Shown here: piece by piece, positions 1 through 9,409 of the stretch
Position numbering within the stretch: position 1 is the stretch's first letter
How the letters are laid out: every line of letters begins with the position of its first letter
NCBI GenBank assembly: GCA_043769275.1
Contig: JAYVJM010000091.1
Location: 1 to 58,557, forward strand
Direction: 5' to 3'
From: Cellvibrionales bacterium
GTDB taxonomy: Bacteria > Pseudomonadota > Gammaproteobacteria > Pseudomonadales > UBA7239
Length of the DNA stretch: 58,557 nt
Program-made: the position numbers and the translations under genes
Notes under the pieces: model-generated
What the model was told of the DNA's origin: nothing
Databases searched by the model: none
Seen by the model: the letters and a program-made list of their open reading frames with translations, nothing else

Positions 1-29
1 AGCTCAATCCCTTCGCGCTTTGTCGGAAA

Positions 30-632
30 TTACTCATCAACGCATCGCGAGCCGCCTATGCAGAACTTCAGCAATTTAGCGCGGCTGCGTAACATCAGCC
101 ACGTAATAGATAACAAGGTCGCAGTTGTCTTGCTCTCTTGCTTTTCAAAATGCAGTCCCACGTTGGTATGGCTCGATAGATTGGCACCTGCGTCATTTTT
201 TGCGCAAAGGATCAGCCCATTTTCGCCGACAATACACACTTCCTGGTCTGAAATGGCTATGGAATGCAGGTCGAGTGCGCCATGCCAGCTCTTGTATACA
301 GACGGCAGCGATACCCTCTCCCAGTCCAGCCCAGTAGGGCTCTGCAACACCATACCGTTGGCTCCCACTGCCACGAATTGGCTGTTGGTGCGATTCCATA
401 CCACATCATAAAGGTCTTGCTGTGTACCGGAGGCAATTTGTCTCCAGTTTTTAGCATCGGTGCTTATGTATATAACGCCACCATAGCCAACCGCAACAAG
501 ATAACGCTCATTATTGATCACTGCGCTTGCGACGTTGGTTAGGCCGTTTCGGCTTGCATTGGCGTAATGACAAAGTGACATGCCCATAGAGAAAACAAGG
601 GCTAACAGCAGAGTAGACGCTCTAAAGCGCAT
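30..632 (-). CDS. secreted BNR/Ycf48-like beta-propeller repeat protein
   Basis: 200-aa ORF with an N-terminal signal peptide (MRFRASTLLLALVFSMGMSLCHYANA). Repeated blades of the form VAVG..G.V..S.D...W carry Asp-box-like motifs (ISTDAKNW, QSPTGLDW). The family call rests on motif resemblance only. Confidence 0.5.
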   Translation of the reverse strand: MRFRASTLLLALVFSMGMSLCHYANASRNGLTNVASAVINNERYLVAVGYGGVIYISTDAKNWRQIASGTQQDLYDVVWNRTNSQFVAVGANGMVLQSPTGLDWERVSLPSVYKSWHGALDLHSIAISDQEVCIVGENGLILCAKNDAGANLSSHTNVGLHFEKQESKTTATLLSITWLMLRSRAKLLKFCIGGSRCVDE

Positions 633-711
633 GGGCTTTCCTTTGGTCGGCGGATGTTGAGGATGCTTTTTTCAGAGAGAAATTAGCGGCACCAGCTCAG
701 GCAACACTCGA

Positions 712-1230
712 TCACATTGGTTTGCGCCGCTCTAGCTGCACAAAGCTGTAGGGGTAAGGATTGCCTTCACTTGGCACAAAATCTTCGCGTGCGCACTGTT
801 GCCATTCTTCTGGATTTAATGCGGGAAAGACGGTGTCGCCGGCAATATCTACCCCGAGTTCCGTGAGATAAATATGCTGTACCTGTGGCAGCGCAACCGT
901 ATAAATTTGCAGGCCGCCGATGATAAAAATTTCATCAACACCATCGCGCGCAGCGACCATGCGCGCCAACGCCAAGGCCGCGGGGAAGTCTGCAACGAGG
1001 TGTGCGCCCTCTGTTTGCAGCCCTGCTTGGCGACTAACAACGATATTGGTGCGGCCAGGCAATGGGCGAACACGGGTCAGCGAATCCCAGGTGCGTCGAC
1101 CCATGATGACGGGTTTCCCTAAGGTCAAGGCTTTAAAATGCTTCAGGTCTTGGGGCAGGTGCCACGGTATCTGATTGCCTGCGCCGATCATGCCGTTTTG
1201 CGCACGAGCGACGATCAAGGCCAAAGTCAC
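712..1230 (-). CDS. folA: dihydrofolate reductase
   Basis: DHFR motifs are present: MIGAGNQIPWHLPQDLKHF, GRRTWDSL, LPGRTNIVVS, FIIGG. The ORF-track ATG at 1347 adds a non-homologous 39-aa leader. The in-frame GTG at 1230-1228 is preceded by AGGAG (complement of 1236-1240) and gives a normal DHFR N-terminus (VTLALIVARAQNG). Confidence 0.9.
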   Translation of the reverse strand: MTLALIVARAQNGMIGAGNQIPWHLPQDLKHFKALTLGKPVIMGRRTWDSLTRVRPLPGRTNIVVSRQAGLQTEGAHLVADFPAALALARMVAARDGVDEIFIIGGLQIYTVALPQVQHIYLTELGVDIAGDTVFPALNPEEWQQCAREDFVPSEGNPYPYSFVQLERRKPM

Positions 1231-1376
1231 ATAGACTCCTGTGGTTGCTCGAGCAGCTTCAGATTTGAGCGCCAAGGTGTATTTGCCGCGCATTTGCTTG
1301 TGTTTCCTCTCGGTCACAATACCTATCCAGTTGCTGAGCTTTAACATCCGCTATGGATATGCGTTTTTCAGGATAA

Positions 1377-1466
1377 TGGTGGTGAGATAGGGATTTGAAC
1401 CCTAGGTACGCTTGCGCGTACACAAACTTTCCAGGCTTGCGCCTTAAACCGCTCGGCCATCTCACC
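1377..1466 (-). tRNA. tRNA-Ser (anticodon GGA), type II with long variable arm, encoded CCA
   Basis: The reverse complement folds as a cloverleaf. Acceptor stem GGTGAGA/TCTCACC. Anticodon stem CAAGC/GTTTG with loop CT-GGA-AA. 17-nt variable arm TGTACGCGCAAGCGTAC. T arm TAGGG-TTCAAAT-CCCTA. Discriminator A followed by CCA. Confidence 0.9.
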
Positions 1467-1640
1467 AGATTAAACACCCAAGATTCGGGGAGGGGGAACT
1501 CTACACAAGCACCCCTCTGAAAGCAATTTAAAGTCGTTTAGGTATACATAAGCCTGTGAAAAATCACATAAAACGAGCAGCTTTCATAGGGGCGAAGCCG
1601 ATTCTTGTTTTTTTGAGTAGGTCAAATGTTTGGCCTTGGC

Positions 1641-1667
1641 TTGACAAGGTTTTTGGGCAGCTATAGT
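1641..1667 (+). promoter_or_regulatory. candidate sigma70 promoter of the dcw cluster (Pmra-like)
   Basis: TTGACA (1641-1646) and TATAGT (1662-1667) lie upstream of mraZ. The spacer is only 15 nt, which is shorter than optimal. Confidence 0.4.
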
Positions 1668-1673
1668 GTGCAT

Positions 1674-1698
1674 GTGGATAAAAGTGGGCTAAAGTGGT
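1674..1698 (+). promoter_or_regulatory. MraZ operator: three GTGGN direct repeats at 10-bp phasing
   Basis: GTGGA (1674), GTGGG (1684) and GTGGT (1694) are each separated by a 5-nt A-rich spacer. They lie between the candidate -10 and mraZ, matching the known MraZ-box architecture (GTGGG repeats with 5-nt spacers). Confidence 0.55.
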
Positions 1699-1752
1699 AG
1701 TTATTGGATTTACTGCGGCTTGTACATTGCAGTCATTCGCAGAGAGCGCGTC

Positions 1753-2199
1753 ATGTTTAGAGGCATAGCGGAAATCCATCTCGACCCGAAAGGTCGTTTG
1801 GCTATTCCAGCCAAGTACCGCGATGTACTGGCAGAGCTTTGCTGTGGTCAGCTAGTGGCCACTATTGATATTCAGGACGTTTGTTTGCGTATATATCCTT
1901 TGCCCGTGTGGCTCGTTTTGGAAGCGCAGCTAGAGGCTTTGCCTAGCACCAACCCTAATGTGCGTCGTATTCAGCGTTTGTTGCTGGGTTATGCCAGTGA
2001 GTTGGAGATGGATAGTGCGGGGCGCGTGCTGTTGCCTGCCTCTTTACGTAAATATGCGCAATTAGACAAAAAGCTGATGCTGGTAGGACAGGGTAGAAAA
2101 CTTGAGTTGTGGAGTGAAGAAAACTGGCAGCGCTGCCTTGATGCTGCGGTAAATGGCGAATTTGGGTTGCCAGATGAAATTGCAACGATTTCCTTCTAG
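1753..2199 (+). CDS. mraZ: transcriptional regulator MraZ
   Basis: Canonical N-terminus MFRGIAEIHLDPKGRLAIPAKYR and a duplicated SpoVT/AbrB-like half (DSAGRVLLPASLRKYA). It is the first gene of the dcw cluster. The ORF-track TTG start at 1720 was replaced by the ATG at 1753. Confidence 0.9.
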   Translation: MFRGIAEIHLDPKGRLAIPAKYRDVLAELCCGQLVATIDIQDVCLRIYPLPVWLVLEAQLEALPSTNPNVRRIQRLLLGYASELEMDSAGRVLLPASLRKYAQLDKKLMLVGQGRKLELWSEENWQRCLDAAVNGEFGLPDEIATISF

Positions 2200-2207
2200 C
2201 TCGACTT

Positions 2208-3209
2208 ATGGATATTACTCGACCTATGGATATTAGAAGTCATAAGGCAGTTTTGTTGCATGAGGCGATGGAGGCGTTGATGCTGGGTGCAGGTGGTATT
2301 TATATCGATGGCACTTATGGGCGCGGCGGGCACAGTGGCGAGCTGCTGAAGCGGCTGTCGCCTGCGGGAAGGCTGCTGGCGTTTGATCGTGATCCAGTCG
2401 CTGTTGCTCATGCTCGTGCGCAGTATGCGGATGATCCACGCTTTGAAATGGTATCAGGAAAATTTTCAGCTATGCGTGCGGCCTTGTGTGAGCGTGGTTA
2501 TGAGGGTCGCGTGCAGGGTGTCCTTGTGGATTTGGGTGTGTCGTCGCCGCAAATAGACGATGCTGAACGTGGCTTCAGTTTTATGAATGACGGTCCGCTC
2601 GATATGCGCATGGATACGCAGAACGGTATGAGTGCCGCTGATTGGATCAATCATGCATCCGTTGCAGATATGGCGGTTGTTTTTCGCGAGCTTGGCGAGG
2701 AGCGTCATGCAAAACGCATTGCCTCTGCGATTGAGCGTGAGCGCAAAGTAAACCCTTTCGAGCGTACACAGCATTTGGCGGAGGTGGTTACGCTCGCCAA
2801 TCCGACGTGGGAAAAACACAAGCATCCAGCCACTCGTGTATTTCAAGCAATCCGTATTTTTATTAATGATGAATTGGGTGAGCTGCGCTCTTTATTGAAT
2901 GATGTGGTCGATATGCTTGCACCCCACGGCCGTATTGCTGTGATCGCTTTTCACTCTTTGGAAGATCGCATTGTTAAGCAGTTTTTGCGTGCTCAGAGTT
3001 GCGGGCGCGAATTGCCGCGCGGCGTGCCGCAGATGGGCGGCCCTGAAGGCCAAACGATGCGTTTAGTGGGAAAGGCGATTAAACCAAGCGAAAAAGAAGT
3101 GTCCGAAAATCCACGTGCCCGCAGTGCCATATTGAGGGTTGGCGAAAAGCTGGGAGCCGGTGACGGGCTGCCTGTGGCCGCTAAATTAAGCAGAGGCATA
3201 AAAATCTAA
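2208..3209 (+). CDS. rsmH: 16S rRNA (cytosine1402-N4)-methyltransferase RsmH
   Basis: HKAVLLHEAMEAL, YIDGTYGRGGHS, DLGVSSPQID and FHSLEDRIVK motifs, in the position after mraZ. A second possible ATG lies at 2226. Confidence 0.92.
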   Translation: MDITRPMDIRSHKAVLLHEAMEALMLGAGGIYIDGTYGRGGHSGELLKRLSPAGRLLAFDRDPVAVAHARAQYADDPRFEMVSGKFSAMRAALCERGYEGRVQGVLVDLGVSSPQIDDAERGFSFMNDGPLDMRMDTQNGMSAADWINHASVADMAVVFRELGEERHAKRIASAIERERKVNPFERTQHLAEVVTLANPTWEKHKHPATRVFQAIRIFINDELGELRSLLNDVVDMLAPHGRIAVIAFHSLEDRIVKQFLRAQSCGRELPRGVPQMGGPEGQTMRLVGKAIKPSEKEVSENPRARSAILRVGEKLGAGDGLPVAAKLSRGIKI

Positions 3210-3523
3210 TGCTGCGAAATCAACCACAGGCCGTTTCGTGGCAAATTAGCGTGTTTGCGCTGCTATGTTTTTTGCTGCTGTTGTTGTCGGTAATGGGGAG
3301 CGCATTAGGTGTCATTGTCAGTACATTTGAAAACCGCCGTTATCTTGCGGAGTTAGAGGCGCTTCGTGTAGATGCGCGTGCTATGCAGGTATTGTGGGGG
3401 CAGTATTTGGTTGAAAAAAGCACGTGGGCAGCCTACGGGCGTATCCATGATATTGCTGTGCAGGGCTTGGCTATGCGTGCGCCACAAACGGATGCCATGC
3501 TGATTGTTAAGGTAAAGCAGTGA
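3209..3523 (+). CDS. ftsL: cell division protein FtsL
   Basis: 104-aa ORF between rsmH and ftsI with a single TM (VFALLCFLLLLLSVMGSALGVIV) followed by a helical segment. Its ATG overlaps the rsmH stop (TAATG). Confidence 0.75.
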   Translation: MLRNQPQAVSWQISVFALLCFLLLLLSVMGSALGVIVSTFENRRYLAELEALRVDARAMQVLWGQYLVEKSTWAAYGRIHDIAVQGLAMRAPQTDAMLIVKVKQ

Positions 3524-5412
3524 GTGCTTACGATGACGCTATCGTTCGCGACCGCAGAAAATCTGCGATCCATGGTCACGATAAAGCAAAATTGGATATG
3601 CAAAAAAAAGCGTCAGAAAAAGCAGTAAAAAAATCTGCGCGTGTACAGGATGGCAGTAATGAAAAAATGCTTTCCGGTGTTGCTGTTTGGCGATTTAAGG
3701 CGGTTGTCTGTTTATTGGTTTTGCTTGCCTTGTTGTTGATTTGGCGCATTGCGGATCATCAGGTGTTAAGGGGGCATGCATTTTTAGAAAAACAAGGCGA
3801 TGCGCGTACCGTACGCACAGAAGTAATTTCTGCTCATCGCGGCATGATTGCGGATAGAAACGGCGAGCCGCTGGCGGTAAGCACGCCGGTAGTGACTTTA
3901 TGGGCTAACCCCAAAGCACTGGGAAAAGATATCAATGGCTGGCGTGAAATAGCCGACGCGATGCGCTGGAGCAAAGCTGATTTGCAAGAAAAAATGGCAC
4001 AGTACGGCGATAAAGAATTTATGTACTTAAAGCGCCATTTGTCGCCAGTGGAAGCGGAAGATATTCTCGCGTTAAAAATTGACGGCATTAACGCGCTACG
4101 TGAGTACAAGCGCTTTTATCCTGCCGGTGAAGTTGTTGCACAGTTAGTGGGGTTTACGAATATCGACGATAAAGGCCAAGAGGGTATTGAGTTGGCCTAT
4201 GAGGATCAAATAAAAGGCAGGGAAGGAAAGAGACGTGTATTGAAGGACCTTAAAGGGAGAGCCGTTAAAGATTTAGGCGTTCTTAGACCAGAGCAAAATG
4301 GTATGGATGTCACCCTTAGTATCGATCTGCGTGTCCAGTATTTTGCATACACAATTTTGAAAAATATTGTCAGTGATTTTCAGGCGCTGGGTGGTTCTGC
4401 CGTGGTGCTGGATGTTGCTACGGGTGAGGTGTTGGCAATGGTGAGTTCGCCTTCGTTCAACCCCAATAATCGCGCTGGTATTAAGCCGTCCCAGATGCGT
4501 AATCGTGCATTGGTCGATGTTTTCGAGCCAGGATCAACCATGAAGCCCATTACTGTTGTGGCTGCATTGGAAAGTGGGAAATATAAGCCTGAATCACGCA
4601 TTGACACTACGCCTGGCTCTATTGTTGTACAGGGAAAGCTATTGAAGGATCACAATAATTATGGGGTGATTGACTTAAAGAAGGTGATCGCTAAGTCGAG
4701 CCAAGTGGGTGTTACGAAAATTGCTTTGTCGCTTGAGCCGAATGCGGTGCGTGACATGTTTCACCGTTTTAGGTTTGGGCAATCTACAGGCACAGGTTTT
4801 CCAGGTGAAAGCTCTGGTGTGTTGCCAAGCTACCATCATTGGCGTGATCTTGACCGCGCTACGCTGGCGTTTGGGCATGGCGTTTCCGTTACTACCTTGC
4901 AGTTGGCGCAGGCCTATGGAGTGCTGGCCGATTACGGCGTGTTTAAGCCTTCATCTTTGTTGCGCGTGGATAAGCCGTTATCCGCTGAAAGAGTGGTTTC
5001 AGAAAAAATAGTGCGCCAAGTTTTGCCGATGATGGAGGCTGTGACGCAACTAGGCGGAACAGGTACGCGCGCGCGCGTGCCTTCATTTCGTGTGGCGGGC
5101 AAAACGGGTACTGTGCACAAATTGGGCGCAGGTGGATACAGCAAAGATAGATATATGGCGATGTTTGCAGGTCTTGCGCCGGTCAGCGCGCCGCGCTACG
5201 TCATTGCTGTGATGATAGATGAGCCGCACAGCGGAAAATATTACGGGGGCGAAGTGGCGGCTCCTGTGTTCGCGCAGTTGATGCAGGGTGTTTTGCAGTT
5301 GATGGGCACAGAGCCAGACGGTTTGCCGCTCAATAATCCAGATAAAAGCGTAGTGTCTGAGTCAAAATCCGCATCTGAAAAAGCGGTGCTTGTGGGGAAG
5401 AAAGCCGCATGA
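3520..5412 (+). CDS. ftsI: peptidoglycan D,D-transpeptidase FtsI (PBP3)
   Basis: Class B PBP with N-terminal TM, an SxxK motif (GSTMKP) and a KTG motif (AGKTGTV). The GTG start overlaps the ftsL stop. The Lys-rich cytoplasmic tail is longer than in E. coli. Confidence 0.92.
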   Translation: MSAYDDAIVRDRRKSAIHGHDKAKLDMQKKASEKAVKKSARVQDGSNEKMLSGVAVWRFKAVVCLLVLLALLLIWRIADHQVLRGHAFLEKQGDARTVRTEVISAHRGMIADRNGEPLAVSTPVVTLWANPKALGKDINGWREIADAMRWSKADLQEKMAQYGDKEFMYLKRHLSPVEAEDILALKIDGINALREYKRFYPAGEVVAQLVGFTNIDDKGQEGIELAYEDQIKGREGKRRVLKDLKGRAVKDLGVLRPEQNGMDVTLSIDLRVQYFAYTILKNIVSDFQALGGSAVVLDVATGEVLAMVSSPSFNPNNRAGIKPSQMRNRALVDVFEPGSTMKPITVVAALESGKYKPESRIDTTPGSIVVQGKLLKDHNNYGVIDLKKVIAKSSQVGVTKIALSLEPNAVRDMFHRFRFGQSTGTGFPGESSGVLPSYHHWRDLDRATLAFGHGVSVTTLQLAQAYGVLADYGVFKPSSLLRVDKPLSAERVVSEKIVRQVLPMMEAVTQLGGTGTRARVPSFRVAGKTGTVHKLGAGGYSKDRYMAMFAGLAPVSAPRYVIAVMIDEPHSGKYYGGEVAAPVFAQLMQGVLQLMGTEPDGLPLNNPDKSVVSESKSASEKAVLVGKKAA

Positions 5413-6935
5413 GCCGCCAGATGCAAGCCAAGAGTTTATACGATGTATCTGGGCAGGACTTGCACAAAAATATTCGCGTGCTTGATTTGCGTATGGATAG
5501 TCGACTTGTGCAGAAGGATGATTTGTTTTTTGCGCTGTCTTTGGATGCAAAGCAGCGTGCGCAGCATATTGATCAGGCGGTTAGTCAAGGATGTTCTGCT
5601 GTGGTAGTCGACGCGGGAGCGCCACTTTTTGAGCATGGCGTATTGCCGGTTGTCGCTATTAAAAATCTTCGTTCAGCTTTGGGGGAAATTGCAAATAATT
5701 TTTATGATCAGCCATCATCACAGGGCGTGGTCGTAGGAATTACAGGCACTAATGGCAAAACATCGTGCAGCCACTGGATGGCGCAAGCGTGGAGTGCAGT
5801 GGCAGGCTCTGCTGCTTTTATGGGTACGCTGGGTAGTTCGATAATAGAAAACGGCGTAGAAACGACAAGTCTACAATCATCCGGTTTAACGACAGCCGAT
5901 GTGCTCAGCAATCATCGCGTATTGACGCAAATATTTTCCAGTGGCGCGAAAATGGTGGCTATGGAAGTGTCATCGCACGCATTAGATCAGGGGCGAGTTG
6001 ATGGTGTTGGTTTTGACACGGCCGTTTTTAGCAATCTGACACGGGATCATCTGGATTATCACGGCGATATGGAGCGTTATGGCCAAGCAAAGCAGCAACT
6101 GTTTTTACGGCCTGATTTAAAGCATGCCATTGTCAATATTGATGATGTGTTTGGTCAGTACTTGCTAAAAATAATCGCTGAAAAAAATAGCGGCGTGCGT
6201 CGATTGAGCTATGCGGTCGCAGATAAAACAGCCGACATCTGTGTGCAATCGTATTCAGCGACGGGTCGAGGTATCCATGCGCTTGTGCGTACGCCCTGGG
6301 GCGAGGGCGAGCTTTGCAGCAATAGCCCAGGAGAATTTAATTTACTAAATTCACTAGCTGTTCTGGCTGTTTTATGTAGCCACGGCTTGGCGTTTGAGTC
6401 GGCGTTGACTGCAATAAAGCAGTTGCGGGCAGTATCAGGGCGCACGCAGATAGTAAGTGAAGTAGAAGACGATGTATTGGTTGTTGTGGATTATGCGCAT
6501 ACCCCTGACGCTTTACAGAAAATTCTGCATGCGATGCGCCCACAAACAGGCGGAAAGTTATGGTGCGTTTTTGGTTGTGGTGGTGAGCGTGACGCAGGCA
6601 AGCGCCCACAAATGGGCGCTATTGCCGAAAGTTTTTCCGATGTTGCGGTGATTACAGACGACAACCCTCGCAATGAAAATTCGCAAAATATTATTGATGG
6701 AATTATCGCGGGGTTTAAAAATAAAAACTTTCATGTGGAGCGAGATCGCTCTCGAGCCATTCAGTTTGCCATTCATGAAGCTGCTGCTGCTGATGTCGTT
6801 TTGATTGCAGGCAAAGGCCATGAAAGCTATCAGGATATCTGTGGAAAAAAACTGCCTTTTTTAGATGAAAGCTGTGCGAAGTTGGCGTTGCGGCAGCGTA
6901 AAAATAAACAGCTTAGAGGAGTTGCGCATTCATGA
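5409..6935 (+). CDS. murE: UDP-N-acetylmuramoyl-L-alanyl-D-glutamate--2,6-diaminopimelate ligase
   Basis: Mur ligase P-loop GITGTNGKTS and the DNPR motif (ITDDNPRNE) typical of meso-DAP-adding MurE. ATGA overlap with ftsI. Confidence 0.93.
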   Translation: MSRQMQAKSLYDVSGQDLHKNIRVLDLRMDSRLVQKDDLFFALSLDAKQRAQHIDQAVSQGCSAVVVDAGAPLFEHGVLPVVAIKNLRSALGEIANNFYDQPSSQGVVVGITGTNGKTSCSHWMAQAWSAVAGSAAFMGTLGSSIIENGVETTSLQSSGLTTADVLSNHRVLTQIFSSGAKMVAMEVSSHALDQGRVDGVGFDTAVFSNLTRDHLDYHGDMERYGQAKQQLFLRPDLKHAIVNIDDVFGQYLLKIIAEKNSGVRRLSYAVADKTADICVQSYSATGRGIHALVRTPWGEGELCSNSPGEFNLLNSLAVLAVLCSHGLAFESALTAIKQLRAVSGRTQIVSEVEDDVLVVVDYAHTPDALQKILHAMRPQTGGKLWCVFGCGGERDAGKRPQMGAIAESFSDVAVITDDNPRNENSQNIIDGIIAGFKNKNFHVERDRSRAIQFAIHEAAAADVVLIAGKGHESYQDICGKKLPFLDESCAKLALRQRKNKQLRGVAHS

Positions 6936-8311
6936 TGAATCCCTTGTCTTTACGCACCATAGCGCAGGTTTGTTCGGGATATTATTCTGGTGCAGATATC
7001 TTTTGTGAGCGAGTGAATATAGATAGTCGTCGAGTTGAGCACGGCGATTTATTTATCGCGTTGCGAGGCGATGTTTTTGATGCGCACGATTTTTTAGTTG
7101 ACGCTGAAAAGGCGGGCGCAACAGCCGCCTTGGTGGAAAAAAGGCAAGCTAATTGTTTGATGCCGCAGGTGTTGGTTAGTAACACGCTAATCGCTTTGGG
7201 CGAATTGGCTGCATTTAATCGAGCGGCATTTAAAAAGAAAGTTATTGCCTTAACGGGTAGCGCAGGAAAAACAACAACCAAAGAAATGATCGCTGCCATT
7301 CTTGCTCAAACAGGGAACCCGTTAGTGACGGAAGGTAACCTCAACAATCATATCGGCGTGCCATTAACTTTGCTGCGTTTGGCGCTTGAACACGAAAGCG
7401 CAGTGATAGAAATGGGCGCGAGCGGTTTGGGTGACATTTCCTATTTGAGTAAAATGGCAAAGCCGGATATAGCGTTGGTTAGTAATGTAGCTGCTGCGCA
7501 TATTGCCGGTTTTGGCAGTATTGAAAATGTGGCGTTAGGTAAAAAAGAAATTTTTGACGGCTTGGCTGCAAATGGCGTTGCCATTATCAATCTTGATAAT
7601 GCTTACACGGCAAATTGGCTGGCAGATACCGCTGCGTACTTTTCTGTATTGACGTATTCCATTGAAAAAAAAGCGGATGTGTTTGCCGCTGCTATCAAGC
7701 AAACAGCTTCTGGTATGGAGTTTACCTTGTGTTATGGCGGGGAAGTCTGTTTGGTGTCGCTGGCGTTTTTAGGTAGACACAATGTCGCGAATGCCGTTGC
7801 TGCTGCGGCCTGTTGTTTGGCGCTTGGTAAAAGCCTGCCTGAAGTTGCATCGGGATTACAGAGAGCGAAACCCTACAAAGGTCGCTTGCAGCGCAAGAAG
7901 GGACTGAACGGCTGCCTGATCGTTGATGATAGTTATAACGCGAATCCCGCTTCGTTGCAGATGGCTATTGATAGCCTAATGGCGTGCGGTGGCGAGCCGA
8001 TTTTGGTGCTGGGTGATATGGCTGAATTGGGCGCCGATGCTGCGAGTATGCATCGCGCTGCTGGAGAGTACGCGCATCTAGCCGGTGTGAAAAAATTATT
8101 AGCATATGGTGAATTGTCTAAAGCAACAGTTGCTGGCTTTGGCGAAGGGGCGCGGCATTTTGCAGATTGGCAAAGTTTGGCAGATGCGTGTCTTTTAATG
8201 GCAGATTCTGATGCCGCTTTTCTGGTGAAGGGCTCGCGCAGCGCTGGAATGGAGCGTGTGGTGAATGCGCTAGTCGTTTCCGAAAAAACTACGGAGAAGG
8301 AAAAAATATAA
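6932..8311 (+). CDS. murF: UDP-N-acetylmuramoyl-tripeptide--D-alanyl-D-alanine ligase
   Basis: P-loop [12 protein letters not shown], a Mur ligase C-terminal domain, and the conserved position after murE. ATGA overlap with murE. Confidence 0.93.
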   Translation: MMNPLSLRTIAQVCSGYYSGADIFCERVNIDSRRVEHGDLFIALRGDVFDAHDFLVDAEKAGATAALVEKRQANCLMPQVLVSNTLIALGELAAFNRAAFKKKVIALTGSAGKTTTKEMIAAILAQTGNPLVTEGNLNNHIGVPLTLLRLALEHESAVIEMGASGLGDISYLSKMAKPDIALVSNVAAAHIAGFGSIENVALGKKEIFDGLAANGVAIINLDNAYTANWLADTAAYFSVLTYSIEKKADVFAAAIKQTASGMEFTLCYGGEVCLVSLAFLGRHNVANAVAAAACCLALGKSLPEVASGLQRAKPYKGRLQRKKGLNGCLIVDDSYNANPASLQMAIDSLMACGGEPILVLGDMAELGADAASMHRAAGEYAHLAGVKKLLAYGELSKATVAGFGEGARHFADWQSLADACLLMADSDAAFLVKGSRSAGMERVVNALVVSEKTTEKEKI

Positions 8312-9393
8312 TGCTGATTTGGCTGGCAAATTATTTAGCGCAGTTTCACACGGCCTTTGGCGTTGTAAATTATTTAACGTTTCGCGCCATTATGAGCGTG
8401 CTAACCGCGCTGGCTTTGTCGTTGTGGATGGGGCCTGTTGCCATTGCGTATCTGAAGCGGCTGAAGGTGGGACAGTCTGTACGTGATGATGGCCCGCAAA
8501 GCCATCTGAGTAAATCGGGCACGCCGACAATGGGCGGCATCATGATTTTGGCATCTATCTGTACTAGCACTTTGTTGTGGGCGCGTTTAGATAATCGTTT
8601 TGTATGGGCTGTACTGCTGACATCTGTGCTGTTTGCCGCGATTGGCTGGGTGGATGATTGGCGCAAAGTTGTCGAGAAAAATTCGCGAGGTTTGCCTTCG
8701 CGCTGGAAGTATTTTTGGCAGTCTCTGTTTGGTTTAGGTGTTGCTGTTTTTCTTTATAAAACAGCAGCAAGCCCAGTTGAGACACAGCTATACATACCCT
8801 TCTTTAAAAATGTGGTGATTAATCTTGGTTGGTTTTTTATTCCGCTCGCCTATTTTGTCATTGTAGGTAGCAGCAATGCGGTGAATTTAACCGATGGTCT
8901 TGATGGTTTGGCGATAATGCCATCGGTCATGATTGCTTTTGCGTTGGCTGTTTTTGCGTATGTCACGGGCAACATAAAATTTGCACAGTATTTGAATATT
9001 CCTTATGTCGCAGGCAGTGGGGAGTTGGTGATCTTTTGCGGCGCTTTAATTGGCTCTGGCTTGGGCTTTCTTTGGTTTAACACTTATCCCGCGCAAGTGT
9101 TTATGGGTGATGTTGGCGCTTTGGCCTTGGGCGCGGCATTGGGTTTGATTGCCGTTATTGTGCGTCACGAAATTGTATTTTTCATTGTGAGCGGCGTGTT
9201 TGTCATGGAGACGGTGTCGGTCATTTTACAAGTGGCATCATTCAAATTGACCGGTAAACGTATTTTCCGTATGGCTCCCATACACCACCATTTTGAATTA
9301 AAGGGTTGGCCAGAGCCGCGTGTCATTGTGCGTTTTTGGATTATTACCGTCATTCTCATGTTAATTGGTTTGGCAACGCTCAAACTCAGATAA
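8311..9393 (+). CDS. mraY: phospho-N-acetylmuramoyl-pentapeptide-transferase
   Basis: 360-aa polytopic membrane protein with [13 protein letters not shown] and [11 protein letters not shown] motifs. TAATG overlap with murF. Confidence 0.95.
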   Translation: MLIWLANYLAQFHTAFGVVNYLTFRAIMSVLTALALSLWMGPVAIAYLKRLKVGQSVRDDGPQSHLSKSGTPTMGGIMILASICTSTLLWARLDNRFVWAVLLTSVLFAAIGWVDDWRKVVEKNSRGLPSRWKYFWQSLFGLGVAVFLYKTAASPVETQLYIPFFKNVVINLGWFFIPLAYFVIVGSSNAVNLTDGLDGLAIMPSVMIAFALAVFAYVTGNIKFAQYLNIPYVAGSGELVIFCGALIGSGLGFLWFNTYPAQVFMGDVGALALGAALGLIAVIVRHEIVFFIVSGVFVMETVSVILQVASFKLTGKRIFRMAPIHHHFELKGWPEPRVIVRFWIITVILMLIGLATLKLR

Positions 9394-9409
9394 GTTGGCA
9401 GCTAAAACT

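Noticed and set aside
1489-1521. GAGGGG...CCCCTC complementary segments upstream of the tRNA-Ser gene.
   Set aside because: The stem is only 6 bp with a 15-nt loop. It lies in the divergent promoter region and has no supporting features.
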